From positions 10,077 to 74,076 of the forward strand of contig DASSKP010000048.1 in the NCBI GenBank assembly GCA_035690365.1: a stretch of 64,000 nt of DNA, written 5' to 3'. Below, one piece after another: positions 17,502 to 26,649 of this stretch (positions are counted from its first letter, which is position 1; each line of letters starts with the position of its first letter). Origin of the DNA: Mycobacteriales bacterium (GTDB lineage Bacteria; Actinomycetota; Actinomycetes; JAFAQI01). A program made the translations under genes and the position numbers. The notes beneath the pieces were generated by a model. The model did no database searches. It worked only from the letters and a program-made list of their open reading frames with translations, and had not been told where the DNA came from.

Positions 17502-18506
17502 GTGACCACGTCCGCGCCACGAGTCCGGCTGACGCAGCTCGGTCGGGGCGGCGGCTGCGCCTGCAAGATCCCGCCTGGCGAGCTCGAGGACGTCGTACGC
17601 GGTCTGCAACCGTCCGCCGGCAGCGCGGAGCTCCTCGTCGGCCTCGACTCCGGCGACGACGCAGCCGCGGTGCGCCTGCAGGGCGACACCGCGATTCTCG
17701 CCACCGCCGACTTCTTCACCCCCGTCGTCGACGACCCCTACGACTGGGGTCGCATCGCCGCGGCCAATGCGTTGTCGGACATCTACGCCATGGGTGGCAC
17801 GCCGCTGCTGGCGGTCAACCTGCTCGCGTGGCCGCGTGAGACGTTGCCGTTCGATCTGGCCCGAGAGGTCCTGCGCGGTGGCGCCGATGTCGCGAGCCAG
17901 GCCGGCTGTCACGTCGCCGGCGGCCACAGCGTCGACGACAGCGAGCCGAAGTACGGCATGGCAGTCACCGGTGTGGCTGACGCAACCCGGCTGCTGCGCA
18001 ACGACGCCGCCAGCGCCGGGCTCCCCCTGTCGCTGTCGAAGCCACTCGGCATCGGCGTGCTCAACAATCGGCACAAGACGACGGGCGAGGTCTTCACCGA
18101 GGCTGTCGACACCATGACCGCGCTCAACCGCGACGTGTCGATCGCAGCCGTCAACGCCGGCGTCCGGGCCGCGACCGACGTGACCGGCTTTGGCCTGCTC
18201 GGCCACCTGCACAAGATGGCGCGCGCGTCCGGCGTCACGGCCGTCATCGACACAGCAGCCGTGCCCTACCTCGACGGTGCACGCGCGTCCGCGGCGGACG
18301 GCTTCATCTCCGGCGGCACGCGACGCAACCTGGACTGGGTGCGACCGCATCTCGACGCCGGTTCGTACGACGACATCGAGCAGCTCCTGCTCGCCGACGC
18401 GCAGACCTCCGGTGGCCTTCTGCTCGCCGGTGAAGTCGCCGGCGCGACCGTCATCGGCGAGCTGCTGCCGGCGCGTCAGGACGGCGTGACGCTCGTCCTG
18501 CGCTGA
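17502..18506 (+). CDS. selD: Selenide, water dikinase (selenophosphate synthetase), Cys-type
   Basis: 334 aa, GTG start. N-terminal LTQLGRGGGCACKIPP matches the SelD glycine-rich Cys/Lys loop (TGC codon, not TGA), followed by AIR-synthase-like domains. Confidence 0.9.
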   Translation: MTTSAPRVRLTQLGRGGGCACKIPPGELEDVVRGLQPSAGSAELLVGLDSGDDAAAVRLQGDTAILATADFFTPVVDDPYDWGRIAAANALSDIYAMGGTPLLAVNLLAWPRETLPFDLAREVLRGGADVASQAGCHVAGGHSVDDSEPKYGMAVTGVADATRLLRNDAASAGLPLSLSKPLGIGVLNNRHKTTGEVFTEAVDTMTALNRDVSIAAVNAGVRAATDVTGFGLLGHLHKMARASGVTAVIDTAAVPYLDGARASAADGFISGGTRRNLDWVRPHLDAGSYDDIEQLLLADAQTSGGLLLAGEVAGATVIGELLPARQDGVTLVLR

Positions 18507-19495
18507 AGCCGCTCGCGCTGCGGCACCACGACGTACTTCGGGTCCTCGGTCGAGGCAACGCCTGCCTCGAAGATGGCGAACCTCGTCAACGCTGAGGCTG
18601 CGAACAGCGCGGCGCCGGATGCCACCGCCGCGACGCGACTGCGCCGGCCCAACGCGGCCGCCGTCACCGCGCCCGCAAGCGTCAGCTTCTTCGCGAGTCG
18701 CATCTTGCTGCCCGCGCTGCCCTCCTTGTAGGGCTCACCGAGCAGGCCGAGCCGGTGCTCGATCCGCTGTGACGCGGCCAGCTCCAACGCGGCACCGAGC
18801 ACCGCAAGTCGTCGTACCGGCTTGCTCTCCTCACACGGCGCCAGTGCGAGGGCAAGCCCGGCCGAGCCGGACAGCGCCGACCCGGCGAACACGAACGGCA
18901 GCTCCGGCCAGGCCTCGTGCCAGGACGGCACCGAGGTGTCCGCGAGCAGCACCGCGGTGTACGTCGCCACTCCTGGCGCGACCAGCGCCGACGCGATGCC
19001 GGCCGGCCGGCCCAGCGCGCCGACCAGGCCACGTAGGAACGGCGGCACCAGGCCCGGCAGCTCAGCCGCACCGGCGATGCCGGTCGGCAGCCCGAACGCC
19101 GTGAGGATCCACGTGCCGACGCTCATCGGTGACGTGGGCTTGGCGACGCGCAACATGTGATGGAAGCGTGCGGGAACCCCGAGGTCGTGCACGAGCGCGG
19201 CGCCGGAGACTCCCAGCGCGGCCAGCGAGCTCAGCCGAGCGACGTGCCGCAGCTCGGGACGGCCGGTCAGGTCGGCGCCGGCGCCGATCACCGCCGAGCC
19301 GGCCGCGATGCCGCCGGTGAACAGGTAGCCGCCGATGTCGAGCTCGGACCACACCGGTTTCTTGATGATCGGGCGGCCGTAGTAGGAGGAGAACTCCGCC
19401 TTCGGCACCATCATCTGCTCGCCGCGGCGTCGCCGCCCGCCGCCGCTCCGGCCACGACGGTCGCCGCCGGGGCCCGCGGCGTGCGCGCCGCTCAT
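18476..19495 (-). CDS. NrfD/PsrC-family integral membrane subunit of the formate dehydrogenase complex
   Basis: ATG 19493-19495 overlaps the fdhB stop (ATGA). 339 aa with about 8 predicted TM helices and a conserved ...YYGRPIIKKPVW... entry typical of NrfD-like quinol-interacting subunits. The rest of ORF 18476..20146 overlaps fdhB in another frame and is discarded. Confidence 0.75.
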   Translation of the reverse strand: MSGAHAAGPGGDRRGRSGGGRRRRGEQMMVPKAEFSSYYGRPIIKKPVWSELDIGGYLFTGGIAAGSAVIGAGADLTGRPELRHVARLSSLAALGVSGAALVHDLGVPARFHHMLRVAKPTSPMSVGTWILTAFGLPTGIAGAAELPGLVPPFLRGLVGALGRPAGIASALVAPGVATYTAVLLADTSVPSWHEAWPELPFVFAGSALSGSAGLALALAPCEESKPVRRLAVLGAALELAASQRIEHRLGLLGEPYKEGSAGSKMRLAKKLTLAGAVTAAALGRRSRVAAVASGAALFAASALTRFAIFEAGVASTEDPKYVVVPQRERLQRRTSVTPS

Positions 19496-20346
19496 CGCCG
19501 CCGTCCCACGAACGCCGCGACACCGAGCCCCGCGAAGACGCCCGCCGCCGCGGCGGCATGCCGCCACATCGCCCGCACGTCCCGAGTCGGGACGACCGGG
19601 TCCGGCGGCAGACCGTAGGCCTCCGGCTTGTCGAGCAGCAGGAAGAACGCACCGGCGCCGCCGACGCCGTCCGCGCTGTCCTCGAGATAGAGCTGCGCGT
19701 CCGCGTGACCCGCCTCGACGAGCTGGTCGAGACGGCCCTGGGCGCGTTCGCGGAGCTCGTCGAGCGGGCCGTACTGGATCGACTCCGTCGGGCAGGCCTT
19801 GGCGCAGGCCGGCGTCTGGTCCTCGCCGATGCGGTCGTAGCAGAGCGTGCACTTCCACGCCTTGCCGTCGGACTCGCGCCGGTCGATCACGCCGAACGGG
19901 CAGGCGGGAATGCAGTAGCCGCAGCCGTTGCAGATGTCCTGCTGCACGACGACAGTGCCGAACTCGGTGCGGAACAGCGCACCCGTCGGGCAGACATCGA
20001 GGCACCCGGCCTCGGTGCAGTGCTTGCAGACGTCCGACGACATCAGCCAGCGGACCTCGTCGCGGTCGCCCGTCGGCGCCTCGTCGATGCCCGTGGTCTG
20101 CGGACCGAACGGCTTCGACTGCTCGATGAACGCGACGTGCCGCCACGTGTTGGCGCTCAGGCTGCCGGTGTTGTCATAGGACAGGCCGAGCAGGTCGTAG
20201 CCGTCGTCCGGGACGCCGTTCCACTCCTTGCAGGCGACCTCGCAGGCCTTGCAGCCGATGCACACCGACGTGTCGGTGAAGAAACCCATCCGCGGCGGGT
20301 GCTCGTCCCAACCGGCGCGCGCGGCGACGTCCGACGTCGTGGTCAT
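19492..20346 (-). CDS. Formate dehydrogenase iron-sulfur (beta) subunit, four 4Fe-4S motifs, C-terminal TM anchor
   Basis: 284 aa with CIGCKACEVAC, CKHCTEAGCLDVCP, CNGCGYCIPACP, CTLCYDR...CAKACP and a C-terminal hydrophobic helix (AAAAAGVFAGLGVAAFVG). 4-nt overlap with the fdhA stop. Confidence 0.88.
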   Translation of the reverse strand: MTTTSDVAARAGWDEHPPRMGFFTDTSVCIGCKACEVACKEWNGVPDDGYDLLGLSYDNTGSLSANTWRHVAFIEQSKPFGPQTTGIDEAPTGDRDEVRWLMSSDVCKHCTEAGCLDVCPTGALFRTEFGTVVVQQDICNGCGYCIPACPFGVIDRRESDGKAWKCTLCYDRIGEDQTPACAKACPTESIQYGPLDELRERAQGRLDQLVEAGHADAQLYLEDSADGVGGAGAFFLLLDKPEAYGLPPDPVVPTRDVRAMWRHAAAAAGVFAGLGVAAFVGRRR

Positions 20347-23300
20347 GTCGATGTCGCTTCCGTCGTGTCGGCCTTCGGCGCGGTCACCGCGGTGTCGCCG
20401 GTGGTGATCGTCACGCCGGCCCGCCGGCGATAGTCGTCGACCAGTCGCAGCAGTCCGGGTCCGCGAGGCCGCCGGCCCGGCCGGATGTCACACGACGACA
20501 CCTTGCTCTCCTGGATGTGCACGTTGGGGTCGAGGGCGAGACCGAGCAGCTCGTTCGCCGCATCGCCCGTGACGTACCCGTTGGGTCCGAAGTGGTAGGG
20601 CAGACCGACCTGGTGCACGACTCGCCCGCCGACCCTCAACGGCGCGAGCCGCTCGGTGACCAGTACGCGCGCCTCGATCGCGGCGCGGGCCGTCACGACT
20701 GTCGCCCAGCCGAGGTGTGTCAGGCCGCGATGCTGCGCGAGCTCCGGTGACACCTCGCAGAACATCGCCGGCTGGAGCTCCGCGAGGTAGGGCAACCACC
20801 GCGACATGCCGCCGGCCGTGTGGTGCTCGGTGAGTCGGTACGTCGTCACGACGAACGGGAAGACGTCGGAGTTGCCGCTCTCCCCCGGCGACGGGTTCGA
20901 CAGGTTGTCCGCCCGCGAGAACACCTGCCGCGCCGGGTTGGACTGCTGCGGGTAGAGCGAGTTGCGGAACGGCGACTCGTGCGGCTCGTAGTGCGTCGGC
21001 ATCGGCCCGTCGGTCAGACCACTCGGGACGTAGAGCCAGCCTTTGCCGTCGGTCTGCATGACGAACGGGTCGGCGCCGCCGATCGCGTCCGCAGCCTTCG
21101 CGCCCGGCGGGGGCTCGTAGTGCGGGTTCTTGTCGGCGGCGAAGTCGGGCACGTCGCCGCCGGTCCACTTGCTCTCCGTCTCGTCCCACCAGACGAGCGC
21201 CTTGCGCTGGCTCCACGGCCTGCCCTCGGGGTCGGCCGACGCGCGGTTGTAGAGGATGCGACGGTTCATCGGCCACGCCCAGCCCCATTGCGACGCGACC
21301 CAGTCCTGCTCACCGCCGGGCTTGCGACGCGCAGCCTGGTTGACCTCGTCGGCGTAGACGCCGCAGTAGATCCAGCAGCCGCAGGTCGTCGACCCGTCGT
21401 CCTTGAGATCGGTGTAGCCGGAGATCGCCTTGCCCTCGGCGTCCCACCCGTTGACCTCCCGCAGAACGGCCTCTGGGTCCGGGTCGTCGTACCGGCCCTG
21501 CGTCGGGGAGTCCCAGGTGAGGTCGAGCACCGGCCGGTCCAGCGACGCGTCGCCGAGGTCGGGCTGCCGAGCGGCGAGCTTGTCGCGGATGAGCCGGCCG
21601 AGATGCCAGATGAACCACAGGTCGCTGCGCTGGTCACCCTGCGGCTCGACGGCCTGGTGCCGCCACTGCAGCAGTCGCTGGGTGTTGGTGAACGAGCCCG
21701 CTTTCTCGGTGTGCGCGGCTGCGGGCAGGAAGAAGACCTCCGTGCCGATGTCCTCGGTGCGGCACTCCCCCGTCTCGATCTCCGGCCCGTCCTTCCACCA
21801 CGTCGCGCTCTCGATCAGCGAGAAGTCGCGGATCACGAGCCAGTCGAGGTTGGACAGTCCGAGCCGTTGCATCTTCGAGTTGGCGTGGCCGACCGCGGGG
21901 TTCTCACCGAGCAGGAAGTAGCCCTTGCACTTGCCGTCGATCTGCGCCATGACCGTCGGGTAGCTCGAGTGGTCGCCGGTCAGCCGCGGGAGGTAGTCGA
22001 AGCAGAAGTCGTTGCTGGGCTTGGCGTGCTCACCCCAGTAGGCCTTGAGCAGGCTGACGAGGTACGCCGGCATCGACCCGTAGAAGCCGCCGCGTGGAGT
22101 GTTGAGGTGGAGATACTCCTGCAGCGTGCTGTGCTCCAGCGCGTGCGGCATCGGGAGGTAGCCGGGCAGCAGGTTGTAGAGCGTCGGGATGTCGGTCGAG
22201 CCCTGGATCGACGCGTGCCCGCGCATCGCCATGATGCCGCCGCCGGGCCGGCCCATGTTGCCGAGCAGCAGCTGGAGGATCGCGGCGGTGCGGATGTACT
22301 GCACGCCGACCGAGTGCTGCGTCCAGCCGACGCTGTAGACGAACGCGCCGGTGCGGTCCGGGCCGGAGTTGCTCGTGAGCGCGTCGGCGACCTTGGTGAA
22401 CAGATCGGCCGGCACACCGCAGACCTCCTCGACCATCTCCGGCGTGTAGCGGGCGAAGTGGCGCTTGAGCACGTTGATGATGCAACGGGGGTGCTGCAGC
22501 GTCAGGTCGCGGATCGCGTCACCGGGGTCGAGCGCCGCGCCGCCTGAGCCGAACTGGTGGCCGGTGCCCTTCTGCTCGTACTTCGTCGTCTTCTCTTCTT
22601 CGCCGTGCTCGTCGGCGCCCACGTCGATGCCGGCGTACTGCCAGGTCTCGGTCTGGTAAGTCCGCTTCTCCGGGTCGAAGCCGCTGAACAGGCCGTCGAG
22701 ATCCTCGGTGTCACCGAAGTCCTCGCGGACCAGGAACGACGCGTTGGTGTAGGCGAGGACGTAGTCGCGGAACCACAGCTCGTTGCTCAGCACGTGGTTG
22801 ACGAGCGCGCCGAGAAACGCGATGTCGCTGCCGGCGCGCATCGGCACATGGATGTCGGCGAGCGCAGAGGTGCGGGTGTAGCGCGGGTCGACGTGGATGA
22901 CCGTGGCGCCGCGCTTCTTCGCCTCGACGACCCACTGGAAGCCGACCGGGTGCGCCTCGGCCATGTTGGAGCCCTGGATCAGGATGCAGTCAGCGTTGGC
23001 CAGGTCCTGTTGGAACGACGTCGCACCGCCGCGACCGAAGCTGGTCCCCAGACCGGGGACCGTGGAGCTGTGTCATATCCGCGCCTGGTTCTCGATCTGG
23101 ATCGCGCCGAGCGCGGTGAACAGCTTCTTGATGAGGTAGTTCTCTTCGTTGTCGAGCGTCGCACCGCCGAGGCTGGCGAACCCGAGAGTGCGCCGAGTCC
23201 GCTTCCCCTCGGACTCCCACTCCCACGTCTCGTCGCGGGTCTTGACGACCCGGTCGGCGATCATGTCCATCGCCTTGTCGAGCTCGATGCGCTCCCACTC

Positions 23301-23639
23301 GGCCGCGTGCGGCGCGCGGTAGAGCGCGTACTTCTCTCGCGCGTTGCCGGTCGTCAGCTGCAGGCTCGCGCTGCCCTTCGGGCAGAGCCGGCCGCGGCTG
23401 ATCGGCGAGTCCGGGTCGCCTTCGATCTGGACGACCTTGTCGTCCTTGACGTAGACGTTCTGGCCGCAGCCGACGGCGCAGTAGGGACAGATGGACTTGA
23501 CGACCTTGTCCGCGGTCGACGTACGGGGTTGGAGCTGCTCGGTGTGGGGGGACGTGACGGCGGCACCTCGGCCGAGCGGGTCGTCAGAGGTGATCTGCCG
23601 GACGACCGGCCAACCCTCGATCCACGTGCGGACGCCCAC
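20343..23639 (-). CDS. fdhA: Formate dehydrogenase catalytic (alpha) subunit, molybdopterin oxidoreductase, selenocysteine at TGA 23073-23075
   Basis: ORFs 23073..23729 and 20343..22964 are in the same frame, and the 108 nt between them contain no stop. Translation across the TGA reads ...AIQIENQARI-U-HSSTVPGLGTSFGRGG.... N-terminal CPYCAVGCG 4Fe-4S motif. The start is placed at GTG 23637-23639 (VGVRTWIEGWPV...); TTG 23729 is the alternative. Confidence 0.88.
23039..23069 (-). promoter_or_regulatory. SECIS-like mRNA hairpin immediately 3' of the fdhA UGA
   Basis: mRNA reads UGA CAC AGCU CCAC GGUCCCC GGUCU GGGGACC AGCU. Upper stem is 7 perfect bp (23061-23043) with apical loop GGUCU; lower stem is AGCU/AGCU with an asymmetric CCAC bulge. 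The upper stem starts 11 nt after the UGA. Confidence 0.7.
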
Positions 23640-23690
23640 GAGCCGGACGCTACCCCTCGCCCCGCGAGGTAATCCGCCCGGGCGCTCACC

Positions 23691-23730
23691 ATTGTGGCCA
23701 CCGAACGCTAGAACGTGCGGAGGGCACAAT
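23691..23730. repeat. 40-bp CTAG-centred imperfect palindromic element, copy A
   Basis: ATTGTGGCCACCGAACGCTAGAACGTGCGGAGGGCACAAT. 39/40 identical to copy B located 61 bp away. The arms pair at 13 of 17 positions. Confidence 0.85.
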
Positions 23731-23751
23731 GCCCCGTACCCAGTCCCGCCA

Positions 23752-23791
23752 ATTGTGGCCAGCGAACGCTAGAACGTGCGGAGGGCACAAT
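23752..23791. repeat. 40-bp CTAG-centred imperfect palindromic element, copy B
   Basis: ATTGTGGCCAGCGAACGCTAGAACGTGCGGAGGGCACAAT. Ends 7 nt before the fdhD ATG. Confidence 0.85.
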
Positions 23792-23798
23792 TGGCCGC

Positions 23799-24599
23799 AT
23801 GGGTCGGGTGACGGATCGGCGGCGGGTCGTGCGGGTGGACGACGCCCGCGTCGTCGAGCGACCGGACACGTTGGCGGTCGAGGAGCCGCTCGAGATCCGC
23901 GCCGACGGCCGACCGCTGGCCGTCACCATGCGCACGCCGGGCCACGACGTCGAGCTCGCGCTCGGCTTCCTTCTGACCGAAGGTCTGGTCGGCCCGGACG
24001 GCGTACACAGCGCGATCAACTGCGCCGACAACGTCGTCGACGTGACCCTGACCGAGCCGCTCGCCGACGACGTCGCCGCTCGCGGTTTCTACGTCAGCAG
24101 CTCGTGCGGCATCTGCGGCAAGGCGAGCATCGACGCCGTCACGACGGAGCAGCGCTGGCCGGTGGCCGGGGACGTGTTCGCGATCGACGCCGACGTCCTC
24201 GTCTCGCTGCCGGACAAGCTCCGCGCGGCGCAGAAGACCTTCGACCGGACAGGCGGTCTGCATGCCGCAGGTCTGTTCACCAGCACGGGCGAGCTGTTGT
24301 GCATCCGCGAGGACGTCGGCCGGCACAACGCCGTCGACAAGGTCGTGGGATGGGCACTGACCGAGACGAGGCTGCCGCTGCGCGGCACGATCCTGCAGGT
24401 CTCCGGCCGGGCCAGCTTCGAGCTCGTGCAGAAGGCACTGATGGCCGGCATCCCGGCGATGGCCGCCGTTTCCGCGCCGAGCTCGCTGGCCGCGGAAATG
24501 GCGACCGGCGCCGGCTTGACGCTGGTCGGGTTCCTGCGCGGAACCTCTTTCAACGTCTACGCCGACGCCGGCCGTCTTGCTTTGCCCGTGTCGAGCTGA
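23799..24599 (+). CDS. fdhD: Formate dehydrogenase accessory sulfurtransferase
   Basis: ATG 23799 (MGRVTDRRRV...). 266 aa with SSSCGICGKASID and GRHNAVDKV motifs characteristic of FdhD. Divergent from fdhA. Confidence 0.9.
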   Translation: MGRVTDRRRVVRVDDARVVERPDTLAVEEPLEIRADGRPLAVTMRTPGHDVELALGFLLTEGLVGPDGVHSAINCADNVVDVTLTEPLADDVAARGFYVSSSCGICGKASIDAVTTEQRWPVAGDVFAIDADVLVSLPDKLRAAQKTFDRTGGLHAAGLFTSTGELLCIREDVGRHNAVDKVVGWALTETRLPLRGTILQVSGRASFELVQKALMAGIPAMAAVSAPSSLAAEMATGAGLTLVGFLRGTSFNVYADAGRLALPVSS

Positions 24600-24605
24600 C
24601 CTGCG

Positions 24606-26153
24606 CTAGCCGACCGGCGGCAGAGACGAGCTCACGCCGCGGCGCGCCACCGCACCCGAGCTGTAACCGGCGAGCGCCTCGCTCGTCCGCCGGACCATCG
24701 ACAGCGGTTCGGCGACATCCTCGAGCGACTTCTGCTCGGCGTTGACGCCGAGGAACGCCTCGACCAGACCACCGACGACCATCACACCGGCACCCAGGAG
24801 GTAGCCGATGAACAGCGCCGTGCGGTTCTTGCCGTCACCGATCATCGCGCCGTAGATGACCGGCCCGAGAGCGCCGAAGCACTGCGCGATGGCGAAGAAG
24901 ACGGCGATCGCCTGAGCACGCACCTCGAGCGGGAAGATCTCGCTGACGGTCAGGTACGCCGCCGAAGCGCCGGCTGACGCGAAGAAGAAGATCACGCACC
25001 AGGCGATGGTCTGGGTCGTCGCGGACAGCACGTTGGCCTGGAACAGGAACGCGGTGACCGCAAGCAGCACACCCGAGATCAGGTAGGTCGCCGTGATCAT
25101 CACGCGACGTCCGATGGTGTCGAACAGGCGGCCGATGGTCAGCGGACCGATCAGGTTGCCGACGGCGAAGGCGATGAGGAAGAAGGGCGCCTTCGCGGCG
25201 GAGATGCCGTAGAACTTCGTCAGGACGATCGTGTAGGTGAAGAAGATCGCGTTGTAGAGGAACGACTGCGTGATCATCAGCGTCGCACCGAGCGTCGAAC
25301 GGCTCGGATACTTCTGGAACAGCACCTTGAGAAGCGTCAGGTATCCAGTGCGCTCGACCGGCTTGATCTCGATCGCCTTGCTGTCGTCGACCGGCTCGAG
25401 AGTGGCACCCGTCGCCTCGACCTCGCGCTCGATCAGCTGGATGGAGCGCTCTGCTTCCTCCTCACGACCGCGCATGATCTGCCAGCGCGGGCTCTCCGGC
25501 AGGTTGCGCCGGACGAGCAGGATGCACAGACCCAGCACCGGGCCGAGCAGGAAGGCGATGCGCCAGCCGGCCGACTCACCGATGACGTTGAGGAAGAGCA
25601 GGGAGCCGAGCGTTCCGAGGATCGCGCCACCCCAGTAGGTGCCGTTGACCGCGATGTCGGTCCGGCCACGGAAACGCGCGGGGATCAGCTCGTCGATCGC
25701 GGAGTTGATGGCGGCGTACTCACCACCGATACCCATACCGGCGACGAACCGCGTCGCGTAGAGGAACACGACCGCGCCCACGCCCGCGCCCCATGTCGCG
25801 GCAGTGAGACCACTGCCGACGAGGTAGACGGCGAGCGTGATCATGAACAGGTTCTTGCGGCCCCACTTGTCGGACAGCCGACCGAAGAACAACGCACCGA
25901 CGACCTCGCCGACGAGGTAGACCGTGGCGATGAGGCCAACCTTGCTCGATGAGAGACCGAGCGTCGTGTTCTTGTTGAGCACGCCCGCAACAGCGCCCGC
26001 GACGGTGATCTCGAGACCGTCGAGGATCCACGCAACGCCGAGCGCGACAACCATCCGCGTGTGGAACTTTGACCAGGGCAGCCGGTCGATCCGAGCCGGG
26101 ATCGTGCTTCGCACGACACCTGGTTCGCGAGCCGTGGCGGCATCTGCGGTCAT
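24606..26153 (-). CDS. MFS transporter (metabolite/sugar porter-like, 12 TM)
   Basis: ATG 26151-26153 preceded by GGAGG. GRLSDKWGRK loop 2-3 motif, PESPRW and a second-half repeat are typical MFS signatures. Confidence 0.85.
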   Translation of the reverse strand: MTADAATAREPGVVRSTIPARIDRLPWSKFHTRMVVALGVAWILDGLEITVAGAVAGVLNKNTTLGLSSSKVGLIATVYLVGEVVGALFFGRLSDKWGRKNLFMITLAVYLVGSGLTAATWGAGVGAVVFLYATRFVAGMGIGGEYAAINSAIDELIPARFRGRTDIAVNGTYWGGAILGTLGSLLFLNVIGESAGWRIAFLLGPVLGLCILLVRRNLPESPRWQIMRGREEEAERSIQLIEREVEATGATLEPVDDSKAIEIKPVERTGYLTLLKVLFQKYPSRSTLGATLMITQSFLYNAIFFTYTIVLTKFYGISAAKAPFFLIAFAVGNLIGPLTIGRLFDTIGRRVMITATYLISGVLLAVTAFLFQANVLSATTQTIAWCVIFFFASAGASAAYLTVSEIFPLEVRAQAIAVFFAIAQCFGALGPVIYGAMIGDGKNRTALFIGYLLGAGVMVVGGLVEAFLGVNAEQKSLEDVAEPLSMVRRTSEALAGYSSGAVARRGVSSSLPPVG

Positions 26154-26240
26154 GCGCACCTCCATCGGTTGCGGCTTCGCTGCCGCATTGACAGGCGGTG
26201 TGCCCACGGTTTATGTGCAGTGAACCGATGGTTTGGTTTT

Positions 26241-26615
26241 TCAGCCCCCGGCGTCAGGTATATCGATCCCGAGGACACCTCGTTGGTGGCGCAGACACTG
26301 CGCCAGCTGGTTGATGTCGCGGTCGCTTGCGTGGTCGACGCGGAAACGCACGTCGTAGGGCGGTGACACACCTCGCGTCGATGCCGACGGCGCGGGCTCA
26401 GGACTCGCGTTCGGCGCTGCGGTGGCGCACGCGGCCCGGGCGGCGTTGTGGTCGGCCGCTGTCGCGGACGAGTCGAAGTGCACGACAAGCTCACGCCGGC
26501 TGAGGTTCGCGTTGTTGCATCCGGCCAGCCCGACGGCGCAGCAGATCGCCGCCAGACCGGCGGTCAGCAGTCGCGTCCGGCGGCGGCTCACGACACCCAG
26601 AGTACGGCGGTGCAT
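26241..26615 (-). CDS. Small lipoprotein, unknown function
   Basis: ATG 26613-26615 preceded by GGGGGAG. Signal peptide ends in the classical lipobox LAGC (MHRRTLGVVSRRRTRLLTAGLAAICCAVGLAGCNN). 124 aa. The remainder of ORF 26241..27290 is antisense to murT. Confidence 0.6.
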   Translation of the reverse strand: MHRRTLGVVSRRRTRLLTAGLAAICCAVGLAGCNNANLSRRELVVHFDSSATAADHNAARAACATAAPNASPEPAPSASTRGVSPPYDVRFRVDHASDRDINQLAQCLRHQRGVLGIDIPDAGG

Positions 26616-26649
26616 CACTCCCCCGACCCGGCTCGATAGGCTTAGCGCC

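Noticed and set aside
17502-17560. Possibility that SelD is itself a selenoprotein
   Set aside because: The catalytic loop reads GGGCACK with an ordinary TGC codon and no in-frame TGA, so it is a Cys-type SelD.
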